Shown: positions 53,936 through 64,000 of the stretch, piece by piece
Layout of the letters: each line of letters begins with the position of its first letter
Numbering within the stretch: the stretch's first letter is position 1
DNA from: Octopus sinensis
Lineage: Eukaryota
NCBI RefSeq assembly: GCF_006345805.1
Contig: NC_043002.1
Span: forward strand, 6,262,001 to 6,326,000
Reading direction: 5' to 3'
DNA length: 64,000 nt
Notes under the pieces: generated by a model
Seen by the model: the letters and a program-made list of their open reading frames with translations, nothing else
Database searches by the model: none
Told to the model about the DNA's origin: nothing
Translations under genes and position numbers: made by a program

Positions 53936-54259
53936 TACATACATACACACAGATATACACACACATATATACACGATGGGCTTCTTGCAGTTTCTGTCTA
54001 CCGAATCCACTCACAAGGCTTTGGTCGGCCCGAGGCTATAGTAGAAGACACTTGCCCAGGTGCCATGCAGTGTAACTGAACTCGGAGCCATGTGATTGTG
54101 AAGCGAACTTCTTGCCCTACCCAACACATGAGCCTATATATACATATATATGTGTGTGTGTATGTGTGTGTTTTCTTTTTTGTGTGTGTGTGGTTTGATA
54201 TATATATATATATTATATATATTAATATATATATATTATATAATATATATATATACATA

Positions 54260-54771
54260 TCTATATATATAAAACTGTAGTTGTGTGAGTGTCTGTCCCC
54301 TTCGATTTAGATTCCAACTACTCCACATTTTGCGGTGCAGTTTAACCAAATTCGGGTATCTTATAGTCGTGATTCATATCGAGCCCGTCTGAGTATTAAG
54401 CGCGCGTCTACGATGAGTCTACGATTTTAAAAATAATTTAACATCATTTTTTATTCCATTTTAATGCATAATTTTTCGTGTGTCGATGGCGGCGGAGTTG
54501 GCGTCCATGGTCACGCCTGCACCTGTTTGCTTCTGCCCCTTCTTCCCTCCCTCGTGAAGCTGTGGGGAAGGGGGTGTAAGGAAATCAACGTCGTAAAGCG
54601 TTGTCAAGGAGACCAGCGTTCTTTTAGAACAACGACTTCATGGCTTGAAGACACCAAAACAGAAATGGCTAAGAAAGCCCGAATTGGCATCTATAAGGGA
54701 AGTAACTCTCTAAAAATGCTTATATAGTTATTTCCCTTACAAACCCGAGCAACGCCGGGCGATACTGCTAG
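54260..54771 (+). mobile_element. Non-autonomous Helitron
   Basis: 5' end TCTATATATATAAAA, subterminal hairpin cccgagcaacgccggg, 3' end CTAG, inserted between A and T. Confidence 0.85.
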
Positions 54772-54879
54772 TATATATATAAATATATATATATGTATAC
54801 ATATATCTATCTATCTATCTAATTTTGTTTCTTTCTTTCTATGTATCTGTCTACCTCTCTCTCTCTCTCTCTGTATATA

Positions 54880-55967
54880 CAGGGTTGGACAAAATAGTGG
54901 AAACACCATAAACTTTCAAACAAATTTATTTTAATATGGGGTAGAACCACTTTTGGCAGTAATTACAACTTGAATGCTACGTGGTATGGACTCGTAGAAA
55001 GTTTGAATTATTTCCAAAGGAATTTTTGTCCATTCTTCAGCCAAAACAGTCCGCTGTTCTTGTAGTGTTGATGGTGGAGGATATCGACTCCTTACTTGTT
55101 TTTCTAAAATGCACCATAAATATTCAATAATATTCAAAACTGGGGACTGTGATGGCCAGATAAGATGCTCAGCTTCACTAGAATGTTCTTCGTGCCATTC
55201 AGTAACATCTTTAACTGTGTGAATTGGTGCATTATTATCCTGAAAGATTGCGTTTCCCACTGGAAACTGTTCTGCAACCATAGGATGAATTTGTTGCTTA
55301 AATAGTCTTGACTATTAATTCTGCCATGATGTGAAACCATTGGGCCGGCGGATTTCCAAGATATTCTCGGGTAGTAGTCGGAAATAAGGTAAAGGATGAC
55401 TCGTCCGAGAAAATAACATTCTTCCACTGCCCTAGGGACCAATTCTGTAGGTTTTTACTCCACTCTAAACGCTTTGCAATGTTTGTTTTCGAAATTAGTA
55501 GTTTTCTGATTTCGACCCTCCCGTGAAATCCGGCTTTGTGCAGCTCCCGGCGAACAGTTTTTTGTGGAAACTGGGTTCTCGAGGTAGTCATTAAACTCTG
55601 CAGTTTTGGTTTTCTTCCGGAGTTTTGTTTCGACAAGAAGGTTTTTTCCCACTTTCTCAAAGGCTATTATTACTTTCGAGACAGTACTTCTTGATACACC
55701 AAGCATTTAGGCTGTTTTCGTTACGCTAGCGTCTGCCATACGAGCACCAACAATTTGACCTCATCGAAAGTCCGATAGATCTGTCATTTGAATGAATTTT
55801 AATTACCTTTTTCTGAGGATATCTGAAAAGTAATTTGCGCATAACTTATTAAGCAACACTAATAATAAATTAAAAAAAACATAAAAATAAACAAGCCTTT
55901 GACGGTTTTCTAGATATTTTAAAATTATGATGTTATGCTGTTAGGTGTTTCCATTATTTTGTCCAAC

Positions 55968-55971
<4 letters not shown>
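54880..55971 (-). mobile_element. Full-length but inactivated Tc1-family DNA transposon (DD36E-type spacing)
   Basis: TIRs are gggttggacaaaata(g/a)tggaaacacc at 54882-54907 and 55944-55969, in TA context. The frameshifted transposase has VIFSDESSF, FQDNNAPIH and WPSQSPVLNIIE. Confidence 0.93.
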
Positions 55972-56004
<33 letters not shown>

Positions 56005-56238
56005 TATATGCGTGTGTGTGTGCGTGTGTGTGTGTATGTGTGTGTGTGTGTGTGTATGTATGTGTGTGTGTGTGTTTGTGCATGTGTGTGTAAATATGTA
56101 TATATAATATAATATAAGGAGTTTTCGTCATCTAACCTTGAGCACGTAGATATATATTAAAGTAAAACTGAAGACGCAAAATACTTGGGATCGCTTGAAA
56201 AAGACATTAAATTTAGATAGGGAATATAGATACACGCG

Positions 56239-56281
<43 letters not shown>

Positions 56282-56884
56282 TTAACAGATAAACGGCTGA
56301 ACACGAAAGTGTTGAATAACTTTATTAAAAGTTTCGGTCGTGTCAAAACCCAGGGCAACTAAATTTATACAAATAGATATCTCTAATCATTTTTCTTTTC
56401 GATTGACTCAGCAAAATTACCAATTTCATGGATATTTACATTTTACAATGCATCATAAAGGGGTACCCTCAACCAGGGATGGCCTTTATAGAGGAAAACA
56501 TAGAATCTTCTTAAACACAGAAAATCTCTCGTTTCTTTATAGTATTATTGTAAAGTAGTGAAATTTTTAGACGTATTACTGGTCCTAGACTCTATACTTT
56601 ATCGTCGGTATTGTCCGTAGATTTGGATACAAATGAGAAATTTTCTTGATGACATGAGATAAAAATAGTAAGATATTTAAGAGTTATATTGCAAAATTTT
56701 CGTACTCCGCTATCAGGTAATATAACGGATATTATATCGTGTAATAAAGCGGGTGTTAACAATAAGAAACTTAATGCTAGTAGGAACAGTGAATGTATGT
56801 TTAATTATTCAGGCAGTTATTACCAACCTGGTTCTGTTACAAATAATACAAATTTAACAGGTACACAAAGTAGTAATGGCAATA

Positions 56885-57520
56885 ATACAATATATCCTAT
56901 TAGTAAAAACTTTCAATTTGATGAAAAAAATAAGATCACTTATAACAACAAACGAAAGATTGTGTGCAATTGTAGAAACCATGATAAATGTCCTTTGGAT
57001 AACCAGCGTCTGAAGCATATTTCGTTTTTGGATTTGGTTTGCAAGATTCTTTATGTGAGTTCGTATGTTGAATCATATTCTGTTGTGTCTGGGGAAAATC
57101 ATTCTCTTTTGATGCCTTATAATTTAACACACTCATCGGTAATATTTCTATTTATTTCTCTTTTATCTTTCTAAAATTTTCGTTGCGTCTTGCAACGAAA
57201 ATTTTAGAAAGATGCAACGAAAATTTTTAGAAAAATAAAAAAAGAAATAAATGGAAGTTTTACCGGTGAGTGTTACATAATAAGGCACCAAAAGAGAATG
57301 ACTCTCTCTAGACACAACAGAATATGCTTCAACACACAAACTCACATAAAGAATCTTGCAAACCAAATCCCAAAACGAAATATTCTTCAGACGTTGGTTA
57401 TCCAAAGGACATTTATCATGGTTTCTACAATTGCACACAATTTTTCGTTTGTTGTTATAAGTGATCTTTTTTTTTTTATCAAATTGAAAGTTTTTAGTAA
57501 TAAGATATATTGTATTATAG
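56885..57520. repeat. Fold-back inverted duplication (arms ~56885-57185 and ~57190-57520) containing a Penelope-like linker remnant
   Basis: Both strands translate to nearly the same NFQFD.K.KITYNNKRKIVCNCRNHDKCPLDNQRL. The centre is cgttgc-gtct-tgcaacg. Confidence 0.85.
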
Positions 57521-58184
57521 TCTGAAGAATAGTTTAATGTATAAATGCACATGTAAAACACCTAATACAGTCCATTATTATATAGGAGCGAAGCTTTCCT
57601 AATTTAAGACCTGATTATATAGCCATGTTCACTCTTTTAAATACAAAAGAAAAAACACAACACTTCACTGGCTGAGTTCATCTGAGACTTCAAAGAGAAG
57701 AATATAGTCTGCTCACTTTGATGGTCATTTATAGGTTGTGCTTTTCCATGTAGAGGCAGTGGCAATATCCGTAATTTGCGATTGTTTGATGTGATGCAAT
57801 TCCTCAGTTGTAAACCTAATTTAATTAAATGGGCAAAACAAGTTATTACTACATTGATCCCACTTATTTAATAAAACTTTTTTAAAATTCCACATAAAAG
57901 ACTCCAGATACCAATTTACTTTGGCTCAACTAATATTAATGCTATGGATTCTCTAAACTCCATTTCAATTTATTTCTTGTGTAAACAACCCAAAACTCAT
58001 TTTCTCAACTAATGTTTAATCTAATCCTTAACTATGGCATCTAATTTAATTTCAGTTTGATCGTATAAATCCGAAACTTATCTTCAGTTGATTACAGAGA
58101 TGGGCTCTCGTTTATCGTGTGCATGCATTCTAACAACTCATTATTTTAGTTCAATTCAAGTTATCCTCACTATCATTATACCTA

Positions 58185-58655
58185 TTTCTTTTATTGCCCA
58201 CCAGGGGCTAAACACAGAGGGGACAAACAAGGACAGACAAACGGATTAAGTCGATTACATCGATCTCAGTGCGTAACTAGTACTTAATTTATCGACCCCG
58301 AAAGGATGAAAGGCAAAGTCGACCTCGGCGGAATTTGAACTCAGAACTTAGCGGCAGACGAAATACTGCTAAGCGTTTCGCCCGGCATGCTAATATTTCT
58401 GCCAACTCGCCGCCTTAAATAGTTATTTCTTTACTACCCACAAGGGTCTAAACACAGAAGGGACAAGCAAGGACAGACAAACGGATTAAGTCGATTATAT
58501 CGACCCCAGTGCGTAACTGGTACTTAATTTATCGAACCCGAAAGGATGAAAGGCAAAGTCGACCTCGGCGGAATTTGAACTCAGAACGTAACGGTAGACG
58601 AAATACCGCTAAGCATTTCGCCCGGCGTGCTAACGTTTCTGCCAGATCGCCGCCT
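58185..58655 (-). mobile_element. Two adjacent full SINE family 1 copies (58185-58416, 58424-58655)
   Basis: Both are reverse-complement matches with intact heads. Confidence 0.9.
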
Positions 58656-59498
58656 TTCACTATCATTATACCGTCTCTCCATTACCGACAGTTGTGTCGT
58701 AGTAGCATAAAACTGCCATCCCATTTACAAAATTTTCGTTCTCTCCATTCCTTATATACATATACATGGAACTTGATAAGCCCTTCACTTGTCAGGGAGA
58801 GAGTCAAGGAAGATTTATACGAAATCAATGAACGTGATCAGAATTGTTCTTTATCGATATTGTGTCTCTACTGAAATGTCATGGTTGAGGTGGACACTTG
58901 CTGTTTTATTCACAACACTAATATTCTGTAACCTAACATCCTCCAATATATTTGTTGGAAATCGCAAAATAGACGTACCACAGTAACTTTAAGAGTTCTG
59001 ATGAGATAGCAGGTGGGAACCTACCACCTCAGTAAGGCCATTAATTAATTATTGTTTGAATTTATATACATTTTATATCTACAAAACCTGCGTGTAAATG
59101 GATGAATGATTTCACTGACTATGAAACTTATGTAACACCATCATCTTCATTAATTTTAAAAGCCTCTTCATCCGATGACAAAAAGGATATTCGCTTGTTT
59201 ATGTTACCAACTATTTCCATAAATATAGATGGCGGGTGATTGAAATGATTATTAAAATAGAAAAGCCTTTCATTAGGTTCACAATAAGACCCAAATTTGA
59301 TAGATTGTAGATGTAAATTGGTATTTTAAAAAAATAACACATTTAATGTTTGTGTCAACAATTATCGTTTATCGATCAGAATACATGTTTCATAAACATT
59401 TATTATATTATTGCATTTTACTTTATTTTTCGTTTTTTAGAGAAATTATTTCGCTCGATTTGTTTTACATAATTCCAAATATATTTTCTTCATTTTTA

Positions 59499-59598
59499 NN
59501 NNNNNNNNNNNNNNNNNNNNNNNNNNNNNNNNNNNNNNNNNNNNNNNNNNNNNNNNNNNNNNNNNNNNNNNNNNNNNNNNNNNNNNNNNNNNNNNNNN
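59499..59598. other. Assembly gap (100 N)
   Basis: Run of N. Confidence 1.
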
Positions 59599-59970
59599 CA
59601 ACACAAACAAACAAACCACACACACATATATATGGAAAATTTAAAAACTTCGCGATAACGAGAAATAATTCTTCTTAGAACGAGGTGGCTCACAGTAGAA
59701 AAACTATGAATATCAGCGTGTAAATATTGGCTGAAAAGCCCTTGTGTTCCGCGAGCAACCGTCGTCTTTTTCTATCGAAAGAAGTTACACGCACTCATAC
59801 ATGCTCGCGGGCGCGGAGTTGTGTGTGCATGTGTGTGTGAGTGTATGTGTCTGTGCGTCTCTTTGTGTGTGCATGTGCGTGTGCGTGTATGTATACATAG
59901 ATATATTATACATAATATAGGATTACCATTGGAGCTATCACGATATACATAAATATACGTATTTATGTAT

Positions 59971-60006
<36 letters not shown>

Positions 60007-60054
60007 GTATGTATATATATATGTATGTATATATATGGTATATGTATATATATA

Positions 60055-60118
<64 letters not shown>

Positions 60119-61603
60119 ATTTCCGTATGATAAAGGTAAATCTTTCTGTCCGCTTTGTAACGATGAAATGTATTTCATTCTGTTCTCAGAGAATCCTCTT
60201 GTAAACACATTTATAGAACGTATCTATCATTGCAACCATTGGCAAAAACATACCTTTAATTCCTATAAGTGATTTCTACCATTCTATAAAATTCTACCTT
60301 TGACTGTCTTATATTTCACTTCCACTAAATACATCTACTTTTAGATAAAGCTTTTAAGTTTTATTCTAATTCACCCATCTCTCCACTATTAGTTTTCTGC
60401 TAATTTCTTTCTTTCTCCTTCACTTTCTATAATGTTATATCCATTAACGGTTAAAAAAAAAATTGCTAGCGTTCGCTTCAGCATATACGCAGTCATCACA
60501 TTCTGTTAAAATCTCTTATTAATGTGTTTGGTTTCTTTCTTTCCCTGATGAGAAGATTGCATTGTTTTACACCATTTTATTCCTTCTTCAATAACACCAA
60601 TGTTTTTTTTTCGAAACATATGCTGGAAGTAAAAAGTTTTGAATAACACCTGCATTTAACTCCATTATTTATTTATCTCTATTATATAAAAACATTTCAC
60701 CAAAACCTGGAATTTATACCTTTATAAGTAGGCTATTAAAGGCAAGGTACTTGTGTGAATTTTTGCTACCCTGGTAACTAATTATTTTTTCCATGTTATT
60801 TGTAAACACTGAAAAAAATACACATACATTTATATATATGTACACGTGTGAAGTTTGACTGGTGACCGTCGTTGTTGCTGTCACGATCTCTGGTTGTTTT
60901 CAGCTCCAGAGGCCGAAAGAAATAGGGTTTGGTAAGAAATAGAAGAAGGGGAGAGAATCATTGAGAGATAGATTTTATTATTTTTTTTATATACTTATAT
61001 TGTTATGCGAGTAGATATTTCTGTATAACTGATGCTGATTGTTTTTTTGTTTTCTTTTAATGTTTTGGTTGTCCTAGTAGCTGCAAGTAGATACAGATAA
61101 ATTTATTTCGCCCTAAATTTGGGGTTTGTCAATGTCCCGCAACTTGGGATAAAACTACATGGTCATTTAAAACATTTATAAACTACATAAACGATCGAGT
61201 TATCATTTTTTTTTCAATAGTGGAGAAAAGAGGAGATAATATATATATATATATATTATGTACAGGTATTTTATATTAGAAGAAATGAGGTACTCAGAAA
61301 TTCGGATGGTTTTATATTTACAGATATTTATTTGTATATTACATGTTTCTATACATCATATATAATATATCATATATTAGCGCTTGCGTCCATTCTGGTG
61401 GAGCTTTCAAAATGAACTAAGTTCTTGGGGAAAATTTGACCATTTTTATAGTGTTACTGTGTGGGTAGTGGTGGGGAGGGATATAAGATAGTACAAGAGG
61501 GTGATGAATGGGGAGAAAGTGAGAGATAGCATATGTGTGTGTGTATGTGTGTGTGTGTGTGTTTGTATCTGAAAATGGTGTTAAAGAAAAAGAATATGTA
61601 TGT

Positions 61604-61638
<35 letters not shown>

Positions 61639-61648
61639 ATGTGTGTGT

Positions 61649-61920
61649 GGAGGCGCAATGGCCCAGTGGTTAGGGCAGCGGATTCACGGTTGTATGATCG
61701 CAGTTTCGATTCCCAGACCGGGCGTTGTGAGTGTTTATTGAGCGAAAACACCTAAAGCTCCTCCAGGCTCCGGCAGGGGGTGCTGGTGATCCCTGCTGTA
61801 CTCTTTCGCCACAACTTTCTCTCACTCTTTCTTCTGTTGGCCTGCTCACTTAGCCAGCGGGGTGGCGTCATTTAAAAGCTAAAACAATGCGTAGCCTGGT
61901 CGGTCACGGTGATCACGGTG
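61649..61920 (+). mobile_element. SINE family 3 with a 3' tail shared with 22360-22480
   Basis: The head matches 16421. The tail ccagcggggtggcgtcattt..cctggtcggtcacgg.gatcacggtgat recurs at 22360-22480. Confidence 0.8.
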
Positions 61921-61951
<31 letters not shown>

Positions 61952-62333
61952 TCGGTGGGAGGCATTCATGATCGACTGTTGCCATGTAGAATTCAGCAGA
62001 CGTTAAAGCTCTTAACACATTCATATTTCGCATTGTGAAACGTAAAGGCTACACCAACCGGCAAGTAGCAGTCTCACAGTGCTTTGTTTGGTATTTTATT
62101 TTATCGAATCCGGAATTCAAACACAATTTATTTTCAGCAAACGTGCTAACAACTCGGCCGGCCAATCCAGCGCTCTCGATATATTATTTGCTTCTTGGCC
62201 TACACTTTTATATCTTCTTTCGATGCCGCAAATAAGAAAAGTAGAACTGATGACGACGAGATTTGAACACACAACATAAAGAGCTGCAATGAGTCGATGG
62301 TCTAACACTTGTTAATAACCACTACACACACAC

Positions 62334-62364
<31 letters not shown>

Positions 62365-62507
62365 AATATATATATAATATAATATACATATATATGTATA
62401 TACATAATATATGCATACTATACACATGCAAATATACGTATATATGAACTTATGTGTATATATATCTGATATATATATAAGTGTGCGTGCGTTGTGTGTG
62501 GTGTATG

Positions 62508-62541
<34 letters not shown>

Positions 62542-62666
62542 TATTATATATATATATAATATATTATATATATATACATAATATATGCATACTATACACA
62601 TGCAATATACATATATATGAACTTATATATATATCTATATATATATATATATATATATATGAATAT

Positions 62667-62697
<31 letters not shown>

Positions 62698-62862
62698 ATT
62701 GTAGTATGTATATATATATATATTTATACATACACATATATATATGTATGTATGTATAACCTCTATAAGCATGTTGTAAGCAGTCACATATATATGTGTT
62801 TGTGTGTATATATGTACATATACAAATATAGATGTATATATGCGCATGTACATGTGTCTGAG

Positions 62863-62897
<35 letters not shown>

Positions 62898-63186
62898 GCA
62901 CACACGCGCGCGCGCAAGGAGAGAAGGTGGGAGAGGGAACGGTACAGATTAAATATGGCTTCATATGTAGTTTGCGCGCCGTCTACTGTTGACATTGCTA
63001 TTGTTTCTGCGGCTACCTTTATTGCTTATTGTCACTTAACACACATCTCGTTTGGTAAATTATTCATGCAATGTATGTTTCAACCGGGTACTTAACTCTA
63101 TCCGCTTCACTCCACCTAAGCATCCATCCTTGCACACATTGGGATGTACATGTGCGTTCGTGTGTGTAGCTGTGTGCGTGTGTACG

Positions 63187-63233
<47 letters not shown>

Positions 63234-63697
63234 CTGTCTTTGTGTATTTATGTAGGTAATTATCAAGAATAAATACTTCGCAATTTTAACGAAACTATTT
63301 TGTTTATGTGGAGCGATTAAGGGAGGGATTATTCATATTTTTCCGAAAAAAAGAAAATGGAAAAGAAAAAGATAAAGAAAAATATCACGTTCAGTGCAAC
63401 AGGGTAAAGATATGGGAGTCAAGTCAAATGGAAACTTGATAGTGTAATCGAGCTCAATATTTAAATATACATGATATATACCAACCCTCTCAGCTGGTAA
63501 TGAAGACAGAGTGCCCGTTGGCTATCGGTCTAGGGCAGCAGCATTTAAGAAAAATCAGTGGTACTACCAAATCAAAATTTACAGGCATGTGTGTGTGAAT
63601 GCGTGTGTGAGTGAGTGAGTGTGTGTGTGTGTGTATGTGTGTATGTGTGTGTGTGTGTGTGCGTGTATATATATATTTGTGTGTATATATATATATA

Positions 63698-64000
63698 GGC
63701 GCAGGAGTGGCTGTGTGGTAAGTAGCTTGCTAAACAACCACATGGTTCCGGGTTCAGTCCCACTGCGTGGCATCTTGGGCAAGTGTCTTCTGCTATAGCC
63801 CCAGGCTAACCAAAGCTTTGTGAGTGGATTTGGTAGACAGAAACTGAAAGAAGCCCGTTGTATGTATGTATATATATATGTATGTGTGTGTGTGTGTGTG
63901 TATGTTTGTGTGTCTGTGTTTGTCCCCCTAGCATTGCTTGACAACTGATGCTGGTGTGTTTACGTCCCCGTCACTTAGCGGTTCAGCAAAAGAGACCGAT
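63698..64000 (+). mobile_element. SINE family 2 (runs off the window end)
   Basis: Matches 52780-53165. Older copies lie near 2560-2800, 15960-16270, 51030-51690 and 53960-54095 (-). Confidence 0.85.

Overview
AT-rich eukaryotic DNA saturated with microsatellites. The repeat content is what I associate with Octopus (coleoid cephalopod) genomes; this is an inference. No confidently identifiable host protein-coding gene is present, and most listed ORFs are translations of simple repeats. The window is a dense patchwork of transposable elements: several tRNA-derived SINE families (some as head-to-tail arrays), decayed LINEs (CR1/L2-group, RTE, Tx1/L1, R4/Dong), Penelope-like RT and GIY-YIG fragments, a full-length Tc1 with a DD36E-type spacing, and non-autonomous Helitrons. 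The most notable signal is about ten minimal type I hammerhead ribozyme motifs (CUGANGA / stem II / GAAA / palindromic stem III / NUH / stem I), intact or degenerate, from at least five sequence families. They include a cluster at 5.6-6.7 kb and two short repeat families sitting between microsatellites. Four fold-back inverted duplications and a few speculative signal-peptide exons are also present. There is a 100-N assembly gap at 59499-59598.
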